64,000 nucleotides of DNA, taken from contig NC_057758.1 of the NCBI RefSeq assembly GCF_004010195.1, positions 2,516,205 through 2,580,204 of the forward strand, in the 5' to 3' direction. Positions 1 to 11,403 of this stretch are shown here, in pieces. The DNA is from Chiloscyllium plagiosum. Its lineage: Eukaryota. Below the pieces are notes generated by a model. The model saw nothing but the letters and a program-made list of their open reading frames with translations. It ran no database searches and was not told where the DNA came from. Every line of letters starts with the position of its first letter. Position 1 is the stretch's first letter. The translations under genes and the position numbers were made by a program.

Positions 1-159
1 CTGAAAAAAATGAGAATAGGCAAAGAGAAAGAGAGCACGTGGGCAGGAGAGAGATTGGCAGACATATAAAGCAACAAAGAGAGAGATGCAGATAGAGTAG
101 AAAATAAAGAGAGACAGAAAGACAGAGCGATATGAGAAAGTCAGGTTGACGGCACAGCT

Positions 160-628
160 AAAGAGTGGGGGCAAAGAGTACAATAGGTGGATGGGAGTGG
201 GGATGAAGGTGATAGGTTAGAGAGGAGGTTGGCGCGGATAGGTGGGAAGGAAGATTGGCAGGTAGGTCAGAGAATGTAACAAGTAAAGTTAAAAGAAAGG
301 GAGAGGATGGGAGTATGTGACAAGTAAAAGCTGAAAGAAAGGAAGGGGATGCAAGTGAGTTAAGAGCTTCACGGCAGAGGAGATGACCTGGGGGTTGCGA
401 TGAGAGAGAGAGACTCACTGAGATTCTTGTAGAGAGAGGAGGAGAACTCTTTCAAGGTAGGCATCCTTGCAAGAGGCTTCACAGTAAGGTTAAAATCAAC
501 TTCGAGAAAATGTGGACTGCAGGTGCGGTAGATCAGAGTCGACAGTGGGATGCTGGAAAAGCACAGTTGGTCAGGCAGCATCCGAGGAGCAGGTGGATCG
601 ACGTTTTGGGCAAAAGCCCTTCATCGAG
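160..628 (-). mobile_element. Penelope-like element terminal fragment
   Basis: Shares the ...ctgcagatgctggagatcagag...ctggaaaagcacagcaggtcaggcagcatcc...gacgtttcgggc...gcccttcatcag terminus with the copies linked to GIY-YIG/RT coding at 15.8 kb and 52.7 kb. Confidence 0.7.
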
Positions 629-774
629 AATGTGTTTGAGTGTGTTTGCGTAGAGGGTGTGGAGTGCTGGGGGTTGGTGCTTCACTGCCCTATGAGCAGT
701 TAGGGCTGAGCAATAAATGCTGGCATAGTCAGTGACACTCACATTCCATTTTGGTATTTTTCCTGAAAAAAATG

Positions 775-2580
775 GCAGATAACGACAGACAGAGACACAG
801 AAGGGCAGATAGTGACCCAGTGACAGAAAGAGAGAGAGCGAGAGAGAGAGAGAGAGAATTGTCTGAATAAGGAGCGGAAAACATAATGAGTGAGAGAGCA
901 TCTCTGACAGAGGCTGAAAGAATGTGGCAGAGAACAGCAGAGAGACAGAGCAACAAAGATGGAGAGAGGGATAACAACTGAGGGAGAGAGAGAGGAAGAA
1001 AGGAAATGAAACACAGAGTGTGCAGTGGAAAAAACGAAGAGATAGGGAGAGAGTAAAAGGTATAGACAGAGAGAATGTGACACAGAGAGGCAGGCAGAGA
1101 AAGACAGCCAGAGACAAACAGACAGACGGAGAGTGACAGAGAGTGACAGCGTGGGAAAGATAAAGAGAGAGAAAGAGATCGATGGAGCGACAGTGACAGA
1201 TAGAGGTAAACAGACAGACAGAGACAAAAAGACAAACAGCAGGATAGAGAGTAAGGAAGGGAGAGAGTGATTGTCAGACAGAAAGGACGGACAATAAGGA
1301 ATGGAAGAGGGAAACACAGGAAGACAGAAAGAGAGAAACTGACAGAGAGAGAAAAAGAGAAATAAAGATGGCAACTGTGTCGCCAAGAATTACAGAGAAA
1401 GAATGAGAAAAGCAGAGAGATAGATAGAACAATGCAGAGAAACTGAGAACGGCAAAGTGAGAGGGAAGAAGACTCATCAAAGGAATGAAAAAAAAGAAAA
1501 CTGGAATGAGAGCGATAGAGAGAAAGAGAAAGTGGTAGTGAGATAGGAAACATCGAAAGAGAGCCAGCGACAGAGTGGAAGAGACAGAAATAGGTAAAGA
1601 TAAAGTGGAGATGGAAAAAGAGAAAAAGAGAAACAGAGTGAGAAAATGAAAGTGATAGAAAGGGAGTGACAGTGTAATTTGTAGAAAAAAGAGAGAAACA
1701 GAGAGGGGTTAGAGAGAAAGAGGGATAATTAAAGTCTAGGAGAAAGACAGCCATACAGAAAGAGAGACCAAGAGAGAGACAGACAGAGACAGAAAGATTA
1801 TCAGAAGAAGAGAGCATATGGAGAGAGAGTGAGAGAGTCAGACAGGAAAATAAACAAGGAACACAACATGGGCGGCACGGTGGCACAGTGGTTAGCACTG
1901 TTGCCTCACAGCGCCAGAGACCTGGGTTCATTTCCCGCCTCAGGCGACTGACTGTGTGGATTCTGCACATTCTCCCCGTGTCTGTGTGGGTTTCCTCCGG
2001 GTGCTCTGGTTTCCTCCCACAGTCCAAAGATGTGCAGGTCAGGTGGATTGGCCATGCTAAATTGCCCGTAGGGGTAAATGTAGGGGTATGGGTGGGTTGC
2101 GCTACGGCGGGTCGGTGTGGACTTGTTGGGCCGAAGGGCCTGTTTCCACACTGTAATGTAATCTAATCTAACCTAAAAACATAGAGAGTGGGGAAACAGA
2201 GACAGAGAAAAGCGGAGAGACAGTGAGTGACAGAAAGATAAAATTAGGAAAGACAGTGAGTGAAGTGCAGAGAGTGAAAGAGGTGAGAAAATCTCAACGA
2301 CAGAATAACAAAGACAGGTTGAGAGAGCAAAAGAGTGATTGTCAGAGATGACGAGAATAGAGATTGAAAGAGTGAAAGAAAGACCAAGAGTGACCACGAA
2401 AGAAATAGTGAGACAGCGAACAATAGGAAGAGCCAAACTAAGGGAGGAAGAAGGAAACAGAAACCAAAAGGAAAGCTAAGAGGAAGTGAGAGAGACATTA
2501 ATGGAGGGAGTGAAGTCGAAAGGGTGAGAGATACACTGCGGACCATACCGAGGGAATGTAGCAGAGACAGAGAGGGGAAC
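775..2580. repeat. GA-rich low-complexity/degenerate microsatellite tract, interrupted by a SINE
   Basis: Purine-only runs (gaga/caga). These generate the spurious SL-rich minus-strand ORFs. Confidence 0.9.
1870..2170 (+). mobile_element. HE1-like tRNA-derived V-SINE, full length
   Basis: gggcggcacggtggcacagtggttagcactg (A box), gggttc (B box), central tgcacattctccccgtgtctg domain, CR1-like 3' end and (taatc)n tail. Confidence 0.9.
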
Positions 2581-2779
2581 ACAGATAATATCTGACCGAC
2601 ATGTAAAGATTTACCACGGGTGCAGGAGTCCTCCATTTCTGTTTCTTCAGCAGCAGCAGCTTGCACAAGGGGCCTGCCGGGAGCGGTGGGTCACTGATTA
2701 GTGCTTTTAAATTTGAAGTCAGAGAGCAGAGGTTTCTGGGAAAGGAGGGATTTCTTATTGCTATACAAGCCTGTTCAAC

Positions 2780-3290
2780 TATTCAGTAGTGGTCTGTGGC
2801 CTAACACCATATTGCTGTATTTGGCTCATGTCCCTTAATACCTTTACTTCACAAAATATTATCTGTTATTATACTTAACAACTGATCCAGCATCCACTGC
2901 TGTTTGTGGAAGACAGTTCAAAACATCTACCACCATGTGTGGGTCAGAGTGCTTCCGAACATCTCACATGAAAGCTGTGGCCTTAATTCTCAGATGATGT
3001 TCCATCATTCTGAACTTGTTAATGAATGGAAATAGATTGCCCTTATCTATCTTGTCTTTTCCTGTTAATTTCTTGAAGACTTCGATCAGGTCATCCCCTT
3101 AATTTCTAAATTCTCTAGAAAACCATCTTAACTTGTATAATCTCTTCTCATAATGTAACCTCCAAAGTTCAATCATTCTTGTAAAACGACATGATACTTC
3201 CACGAAGACTGATGTATCCTTCACAAGGTCTTGCGCCCAGATCTGCTCACAGTCCTTCAAGTGGGGTCTAACCAGAGCTTTGGAAAAGGG
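2780..3290 (-). mobile_element. Old CR1 LINE 3' fragment
   Basis: Minus strand encodes KALVRPHLKDCEQIW, a degenerate form of the CR1 LVRPHLEYCVQFW motif. Confidence 0.7.
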
Positions 3291-3499
3291 CTTGTCTTCC
3301 ATCTCTTTATCCTCACTAATTCGTTCCCAAGACTCCACTTTCTGCAGGGCTAACACGTTGTGAACCTCTGTAATGCGCAAAGAAACATTTCCGGTTCCTC
3401 AACCCCCCCCCCCCCCCATCCTATACTATCGATCGGCCCAAATGAGAGAATAGTTTATGAACACAAAGCCTCTGGTGCGTTGTTAAACATTAGCCCACA

Positions 3500-3614
3500 G
3501 TGCAACCAATCTCCTCTGTGTGGGTGAATTTGATAATTAACTAGCTGAGCTTCTCTGTGCTCATATAAAACGCTACTGCAAACGTAACATGAGTCCTTGT
3601 GCCTCTGAAGAGCC
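3500..3614 (+). promoter_or_regulatory. Putative TATA/CCAAT core promoter of the defensin-like gene
   Basis: CCAAT at 3506-3510 and TATAAAA at 3564-3570, in non-repetitive sequence just upstream of the ATG at 3615. Confidence 0.6.
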
Positions 3615-3714
3615 ATGTGGATAACAAGGGAAGCTATCTTCTTGATACTGGGAGCCCTGCTGCTCGCACAGTCGATTGCTGATTCAGATGATCATTTCAG
3701 CGCAAATATGATCG
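3615..3714 (+). CDS. Exon 1 of candidate beta-defensin precursor: signal peptide + acidic propiece (MWITREAIFLILGALLLAQSIA-DSDDHFSANMI, phase-1 end)
   Basis: GCC-ATG start at 3615, about 45 nt after TATAAAA (3564-3570). Hydrophobic core AIFLILGALLLA with a plausible S-I-A cleavage site. Donor CG|GTGGGT at 3715 is phase 1, matching the acceptor at 6494. Confidence 0.75.
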
Positions 3715-3972
3715 GTGGGTACATCCCTCAGTAATACCATGCGAGAGCCTATCATGCTGTGCTGCCTCGATCACTGACCCCCACATCCCATCAGAAGGCA
3801 ATCCTCATCAATTGTCAATATTTTCTGTCAGTTCAGTTTGATTGTCCTTCCTTTACTTTCTCCTTGCGAGGAAAGGTGCTTTGACATTCTAGATAAAGGT
3901 TATGCCACTGGTGTTAAGACACAGATAGTAAGGTGTTAGGACTGGCTTGTGAGACAGAATAGCCACCATAAC

Positions 3973-4545
3973 CCGTTATGGAACAGGCCAGACACCCGCA
4001 AAATATTTCTGGAAGGTTAGGTAGGCCCTAACTTTTTCTCATTTTAAAGCAGATGTGAAATGGATAGTCCAAGTGTGATGCAGCTGGTCAAACCATCGGC
4101 TTTAAGCAAAACACGATTTATTTCAGGGCTACTGTTGAAACACAAACAAAAGAAATTAGGATTTAGAATAACTTAACTATTTGAAAACTGAATTGACTCA
4201 ATACCACAACCTAACTAATCAGCTGTTCCAATTCCGGCAACATCACATAAACACATGACTTGGTAAAAGGAAAATGCAAACACAGGAGATACTTCAGACA
4301 ATGTCAGCCAGGGATTAACAGCTGAGGTGTGGCACTTGTTTTGTACTGTAGCATCTTCTTCCTGCTATCAGCTACTTCTCTACTACAACTACACCAAACT
4401 AGAAAAAACAACCTGAACTGGGAGAAATAGCCACCCCCTTTCCATTGTTAACTTAAGCTCTTTTTGAGGCATTTCTGGACATCTACTTTTACGACCTCTC
4501 TTAACACAACCCAAGGACAAAACAACCTTGTTAAAATGTCGTCAG
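3973..4545 (-). mobile_element. Solo-LTR-like sequence inside the defensin intron
   Basis: Similar to the reverse complement of 53990-54793 (gttatggaacaggccagac vs gtctggtccataaca; tgaactgggagaaatagccacccccttt vs aaggggagtggccagttcttccagctca). Confidence 0.55.
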
Positions 4546-5559
4546 AAAAACTTCTTCTCTCCCCACAAAACCCAAACAGACTGAGCTAAGATTTGCACTT
4601 ACTGAAATGATTGGGAGATGATAGCATATGTGTTATATCCCTACGTGTGTTCGAATGTAATGGGCCCGGCTCCAACATTTACTGCCAGTCCGTAGTTGCC
4701 CCCTTTGGAAAGTGGTGTAATCTGCTGTTTTGAGCTGCTACCGTCCGTGTGCTGTAGGTTAACTCAACATGCCCGGAGGGAGGGAATTCCAGGATTTTGA
4801 CCCAACCACAGTGAAGAACTTGTGGATATATTTCCAACTCAGGATTGTATGTGGCTTGGGGAAGCAGAGGGGCAGGGTTGAAAGGGAGAATAGACAATGT
4901 AGACAAGAGGCGGAGTTAACAATGTGCGGCAGTTCAGCGACAAAGGGGCAATAAATGAGCAGTACAGGTTCCTTAAAAATAAGGATGGGTTAACAGTCTG
5001 AAAACTGGATGTGTAATAATATGATTGGATAGTATAATATTGTGGGTTACCTTGATTGAGATTGGACATTATACTCATATGAACTCAGCTGGAATCTGAA
5101 CTAAGCAAACACCATTCAGTAAAGACACGACAGAATAATGTACAACTCTTTTTAATTAGAAAATATTATTTAAGCAATAGTCAATGGACGGGTCTTATCC
5201 ACAAACATCTGGGATGAAACATTTGTGATTGAGATAAAGCTTTGAGCTGTAACTGAAACAAGGGTGCGTATTTCACCCATGTATGCATGAAATTATGTTT
5301 ATAAAATGTCTGGAGTCCCATCGGCCCTCATGTTGAGACAAAGGTTTTAATGCCCCATCGTTTACAGAGTGGATCTTGCAGGGGATCTGCATCCATGTAT
5401 CTGATGCCGTTATCCCCTGGTGAATGCGGGTCTTTGCGGAAAAGGGGCCGAGAGTGTGGTGCTGCAAAAACACAGCAGGTCAGGCAGCACCCAAAGAGCA
5501 GGGCAATCGACGTTTTGGTCAGAGGCTCTTCATCAGGAATGGGAATAAAGAATGCAAGT

Positions 5560-6140
5560 CAGGAGGTTTTTGCTATAACACGCGGTAATTGTGCGACCCC
5601 AGCTGGAATACTGTGAATATGTTAGGGTCTCTCTATCTAAAGAAAAGAAAGATTGGCATTGGAGACAGTTCAGAGAATGTTCATTCGGGTGATCCTGGAT
5701 ATGGAGAGTCATATGGTGAGAGTTTCAGTAGGGCCTGCCTCATTGGAATTGAGAAGAATGAGACACAGTCTTATTGAAATATGCAATATTGTGAGAGGAT
5801 TTTACAGGGTAGATGAGTAGTTGTTCTTTCCCATTGTGAGAGAGGCAAGGTGCAAAAGGCATCATCTCAGAATAAAGGGTCACCTATTAAAGACAGAGAT
5901 GAGAAAGATTTCCTCTCTCAGAGGGTGGTGGATGCGTGGATTTCTTTAACCAAAGAGGGCTATCAAGGATGGTTCGTTAATTATATATTCAAGGCTGAGA
6001 CATACAGATTTGAATCTGGAATGTAATCGAGGGTTATGGAGAAGAGGGAAGTACATGGAATTGCAGATGATCAGATCCTCATTGAATGGACGAGCAGATG
6101 CAAGGGGCTGAATGGCCTATTTCTCCTCCTGTCACTTATG
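5560..6140 (+). mobile_element. CR1 LINE 3' fragment
   Basis: Degenerate RPQLEYC motif and the 3' UTR ending gggctgaatggcctatttctcctcct. Confidence 0.7.
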
Positions 6141-6493
6141 GTAGACGTTCACAGCCGACTCTGAACTCAGTTACGTTTTTATTTCCTCATGGGATGTGGC
6201 GTGGCTGGCTGGATAATGCTTGATGGGCCAAATGGCCTATTTCTCATCTTCTGTTCAGCACCTGCTGTTTGCCTGTTGCGCCCCTGGGAGGAGGGACGCG
6301 TGGAGTAATTTTGAGGGATCCTAATCCTGACTGCTGCCTTGATACCACTCTTGCCCTGGTTAGTATCACCAGGCAGGGAGGGTAGGACTGAGACTTCCAA
6401 GCCTGTTCCTACTTCCACACCCTGCCCTCCCGTATCTCACCCCCCTCTTCCTTGAGACGCAGCTCAGTGAAATCTCCTTCCCTTGCCTTTCAG

Positions 6494-6612
6494 ACAACCT
6501 GTTCGAATGTCGTAAAATTGGTGGAGCATGTCGTGAGAAACCATGCAGTAAGAAGCATCCGGAGGTCTCCAGTCTATGTCTGCATGGAAGACACTGCTGC
6601 AAGTTCCATTGA
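6494..6612 (+). CDS. Exon 2 of candidate beta-defensin: (D)NLFECRKIGGACREKPCSKKHPEVSSLCLHGRHCCKFH*
   Basis: Strong acceptor ccttcccttgcctttcag|AC. Six cysteines spaced C-X6-C-X4-C-X10-C-X5-CC, with G-G-x-C at Cys2 and G-R-H-C-C-K near the end. Stop TGA at 6610-6612. Confidence 0.85.
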
Positions 6613-6869
6613 TCGACACCGCTGGGGTTCACAGAGGGCACCGCCATGCAAGACCAGGACCTCCTCCTGCCAGCAATTCCAATAGAAGCTTTGATCGGCA
6701 GTGGAGGGTGTGGGGCATAGGACCTTGTTCGTGGGAGGAGGAGTGTGAATGGGAACAGAGGACGCTGCAGTGATTGAAACCTCGCCCTGTTTTCTCTTTG
6801 TATGGGGAAAAAGGAAAGAGGGGAGGCCACGTGACGGAATATCAGCCTGGGACTGTTTAAAGCAGAATC

Positions 6870-7800
6870 AGCGAAAATAGGAGCAGCAGTCGGTCACCTG
6901 GCATTTCAAACCTGCTTTCTATTCAGCATTATCATGGCTGATCATCCAACGCGTCCCCTGTTCTCACTTTCTCCCCCATCCCATCTGCATCCTTTATCTC
7001 AAATGACTACGTCTAACTGCTGTTTGGAAATATTCAATAATTTGTCCTTGACTGCTTTCTGAGGCAGAGAATTCCACAGGCTCCCCACTCTCCCGTTTCT
7101 CCTCATCTTAGCCCTAGTTCGGATCTTTTGACAGTGCCCCTTCATTCCGTACTCCATGATCAGCGGGAACATCCTTCCTGCATTTATCTGTCCAGTCCTG
7201 TTCGAATTTTAGCAGTTTCTATGAGATCCCCCTTCATTCTTCTAGGTTCCAGTGTATAGAGCCTTAAGCAATCCAGTTTCTCTTCATACATCAGTCCTGC
7301 CATCTCAGGAATCAGCCTGGGAAAACTTTGTTGCACTCCTTCAATCGCCAGAACATTCTTTCTCGGATGAAGAGCCAAAACTGGATCCAACAATTCAGGT
7401 GTGGTTTCATCCTGTATGCTTGCAGCAAGATCTTCCTGCTCCCGTACTCGAATCTTTTTGCTATGAAGGTCAACATCCCATTTGCCTTCTTCACCACCAG
7501 TTGCACCTGCAATGCATATCTTCAGTGACCATTGTACAAGAACACCTAGTCGTCTTTGCATCTTCCCCTTTTTCCAATCTATCACCATTTCGATAATGAT
7601 TTACTTCCCCATTTTTGCTCCCAAAGTGAATAGTCTCATATTTTATCCACTTTTTATTGCATCTGCCTTGCATATATGCCCACTCACTCAACTCGTCCCA
7701 ATCACGCTGAAGCATCTCTTCTCACAGCTCACCCTCCCATCCAGCTTTGTGTCATATGCAAACTTGGAGATATCACATTTAGTTCGCTCACAAACATCAT
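6870..7800 (-). mobile_element. CR1 LINE ORF2 3' fragment
   Basis: ISKFAYDTKLDGRVSC, VVKKANGMLTFIAKRFEY and RRMKGDLIET in shifting frames. Confidence 0.85.
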
Positions 7801-8284
7801 TATTGTGACTAGCTGGCGTCCCGGCACTGAATGTTGATAATGGGCCAGGATGGGAGGAAAAGTGCTCAAGGAACCCTTCAGCTCCCTTCAGTACTTTCAA
7901 TCTCAATGTTATATGGGGGTGAGGGGGGGGAGGTGATGTGAATGGGGATGTCTGTTTTTCTAATTAAAACTTGCATGAAATCTGAACTGCTCCTTCGTAA
8001 TAAATTTAATAAACTCACTAAATTACCCTTACTGGTATTCCAGTGTATATTTCAGTCAACTTTGGTCCCAAACCATAGCAATATAACAGTGTGGATATGT
8101 ATGTGAGTTTCTCACATTGTGTGATGGGGAGGGAGGTGTGCCAGAGACTTCCAGTGTTCCTTAACGAAACTGTGTGGGGTTGTGTTTGTGACTTTGTGTG
8201 CAAGTGTGTGCATGTGGGTGAGAGAGTGTGGCTGTGAGAAACAATTGATGCAATTGTGAGTGAATTTGTTTGATTTAATTCCCG

Positions 8285-8520
8285 GGGTCAATTCCCGCCT
8301 CAGACGACTGACTGTGTGGAGTTTGCACATTCTCCCCATGTCTGCGTGGGTCTCCTCTGGGTGCTCTGGTTTCCTCCCACAGTCCAAAAATGTGTCGATT
8401 AGGTGAATTGGCCAGGCTAAATTACCCTTAGTGTTAGGTGTAGGAGAATGGGTCTGGGTGGGTGGCGGGTCGGTATGGACTTGTTGGGCCGAAGGGCCTG
8501 TTTCCACACTGTAAGTAATC
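8285..8520 (+). mobile_element. HE1-like SINE, 5' truncated
   Basis: Same body and tail as 1870-2170. Confidence 0.85.
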
Positions 8521-9057
8521 GAATATGTGTCATCGTGTGAGTTTGTAATTGTGTGGTTGTAATTGCACGCGTGTGAGAATGTGGTTGTGAGATTATGTCG
8601 ACGTGATTTGTGTGTGAATGCATTAGTGTGATTAGATAAGATTTTTTTTTCCTTGGAGACTCACCCTCCGCTCTCAATCTTTGAAACTCCGGTGAATACA
8701 GTCCCCACGGATCCAGTATCCATTCTACCCATTCCAAGAATCCGTCTGGTTAGCAGTTGCTGTAACCCTTCCTTTGCCAGAACAATCTTCCTCAGATGAG
8801 GAGACCCAAACTGCATTCCAGATGTGGTCTTACCGTTTACAATCGCAGCAATAACTTCCTACTCTTGTGATCAAATCTTCCCATGACAAAGACCGATTCG
8901 GCGGATGTGTGGAAGGTTTGGAAACAATTGCAATAAAATGCACTCAGACATGGGTGCACACCGATCAACCTGTCGCAGGCGTCTGTGAGATTTTGTGCAT
9001 GCGTGAACATGTTGGTAAAATGTGTGTATGTCTGAGTGTATGTCCGTGAAGTGCATG

Positions 9058-9072
9058 CAGCGCCCTCTGCAG
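9058..9072 (-). promoter_or_regulatory. Possible CTCF site
   Basis: CTGCAGAGGGCGCTG on the minus strand resembles the CTCF core. It lies in unique sequence about 2.4 kb downstream of the defensin-like gene. Motif match only. Confidence 0.35.
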
Positions 9073-9929
9073 AGTCCTCATGCAGAAAATTTCAGAGCTT
9101 CATGGTGTGTGGCTCTCCCACAACTACAGCCCACAACCTCACGGTCTGATCTATACTTCACCCCTGAACGTTCAGGATCCAGTGAGGACGATCCATGCTA
9201 AAGCCATCGTCCAATCCCTGATTTGGGCCCATTACCAGACTGTGAACTGCTAGGATATTATCGGGAGGAGGCCAGAGCTGAAGCCTTGATGAAAGTGTAA
9301 TTGAAATGTTCTGGCTTATACCCTTCACTCAGTAAGAAAAGGTCTAAGATTTCCTTGGACAAGCAAGTTCATTAACAACCCATTTAGACTATGTTGCACC
9401 CACTCCACCCCTACCCGACATGCCCTGGCTTTAAGTTCTCATTCACTCATGTGACTGCTTCGAAGCTCCCTTGAACCACTGCCGTCTGTGAGATGCAGAT
9501 AGATGGACGATCCCCTAGGGATGGAATTCCAGGTCTCTGTCCCAATGGCAGTGAAGATACAGGATATATTACCATGTCAGAATAGTGAGGCTGTTCGAGA
9601 GGAACTTGCAGGTCGTGCTGTTTCCTTGCATCTGCTGCTGTTGTCCTTTTAGATAGAAGTAGTCATCTGTTCGGAAACTGCTGTATGAGGATTTTCGCAA
9701 ACTTGTTAATGATGTTTTTTCTATGTCGCCTTTTTACGTATTCAGTGAGGGATCAGTGTGTTTAGTGGATAGCGCCCACTATCAATATCCAGAGAGTAAC
9801 CATTGAGAGACAATCTCAATATCATCCCCTTAAAATTCAATTGTGTCACCGTTGCTAAATACCACCTTGTAAAATTCCTACAGGATACAATTGAGAGTCA
9901 ACCTGACCATCACGTCTAATGACATTACC

Positions 9930-10570
9930 GTCAAACAATACTTCTCTAATATCAACATTCTGGTGACTACCATTGAGAGGATATCTAATCATCACCATCT
10001 CAAAACACTCCCACTGTCCACATCCTGGGTTTTGCGATTGAACCAGATACTCAGCTGGACCAGCCATATGAACACATTGGCTACAAGGGCAGCTCAGAGG
10101 TTAGGAATCCTGCAGCGAGTAACTTACCTCCTGTGTCTCCCCAAAGCCTGTCCACCATCAACAAGGCACCAGTCAGGACTTTGATCGAACTCTCGCCACT
10201 TCCCTGGATGGGTACAGCTCCTGTAACACTCGTGTTCAATACCATCCAGGACAAAGCAGCCCGCTTGGTGGGCACCAAATTGTCAAACATCCACTCGCTG
10301 CTCAGTAGCAGCCATGCGTACCATCTACAAAATGCACTGCAGAAATTCAGCAAGCTTTCTTGGACAGCAACTTCTGAAACCACGACTACTTCCATCCAGA
10401 AACACAGGGTCAGCACACATATGGAAACACTACCCCTTGCAGGTTCACCTCCAAACTGTACAGCATCCTGACTTGAAAAGATATTGTCGTTCCTAAAGTG
10501 TTCTTGGTCAAAATTCTGGAACTCCCTCCCTAAGGACATTATGAGTCTACCTGCAGCACATGGTATTCAG
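9930..10570 (+). mobile_element. CR1/L2-type LINE 3' fragment (second family)
   Basis: LSWTSHMNTLATRAAQRLGILQRV and STINKAPVR...TIQDKAARLVG. Confidence 0.75.
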
Positions 10571-10757
10571 CATCAAAAACGATACTTCATATTTATCAAT
10601 CCAACAGATTTTAAGATTCAAGGTCTCTCAATGTATGGCGAGAGCTTTAATGCCTCTAAACTTGTGCTGTCGCTGTTCTGGGAGTGTTTGATAGGGATTG
10701 GATACAGGAAGCTTCACCTTGCATTAAAAGAGTAGAGGAGGGGCTCATTTCTTTTAA

Positions 10758-11065
10758 AGATTAGATTCCCTACAGTGTGGAAACAGGCCCTTCGGCCCAA
10801 CAAGCCCTCACCGACCCTCTGAAGAGTAACCCACGCAGACCCGTTTCCCTCTGACTAATGCACCTAACACAATTGGCAATTCAGCACGGCCAATTCACCT
10901 GACCGATACATCTTTCAACTGTGGGAGGGAACTAGAGCACCCAGAGGAAACACACGAAGACATAGGGAGAATGTGCAGACTCCACACAGGCAGCCACCCG
11001 AAGCTGGAATCGAACCTGCATTGCTGGTGCAGTGAGACAGCAATGCTAACCACTGAGCCACCACA
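10758..11065 (-). mobile_element. HE1-like SINE
   Basis: Reverse complement of the SINE consensus with an agattagatt tail. Confidence 0.85.
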
Positions 11066-11375
11066 CTACCTATTTCCTAGCAGGTACAAGCCAAGACAAC
11101 ATTTCTCATGAGAAATGGCCAACCTGTTGTACGGAATTCTGTTGATCAAAGCTCTGTATAATTAATTACAAGCAGAAGAACGCAACACAGGGAGTCACAG
11201 CACGGCTGCTATTTGACTGCAGGAGCCATCACAGAACTAGGACACGATCTGCGTCGGGAATCATTATGTAACCCTCACCTTAACCTCCTTCCTCCTATCG
11301 TATTCCCAACGCCCCTCCCCCAAGTCCCTCCTCCCTATCTTTTATTTTAGCCTGCTTGGCACACCCTCCTCATTC

Positions 11376-11403
11376 CTGAAGAAGGGCTTGTGCCCGAAAT
11401 GTC
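11376..11403 (+). ncRNA. Minimal type I hammerhead ribozyme core in a Penelope terminus (11270-11500)
   Basis: CTGAAGA-a-GGGC ttgt GCCC-GAAA-tg-TC: conserved CUGANGA and GAAA boxes, 4-bp stem II and a UC cleavage site. Confidence 0.6.

Noticed and set aside
1870..1945. tRNA-like A/B boxes, here and in other copies, as tRNA genes
   Set aside because: They are heads of HE1-type SINEs, continuous with the SINE body and tail.
533..2666. Long minus-strand ORFs (194-432 aa) rich in S/L/F/C
   Set aside because: Translation of GA-rich low-complexity DNA plus a SINE; no domain signal.
2647..2690. Minus-strand ...PCASCCC* as a second defensin exon
   Set aside because: In-frame stop shortly upstream and no six-Cys spacing.
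5368..5419. AG...GT-bounded segment in the defensin intron as a possible middle exon
   Set aside because: Its 52-nt length would shift the frame and destroy the six-Cys reading of exon 2.
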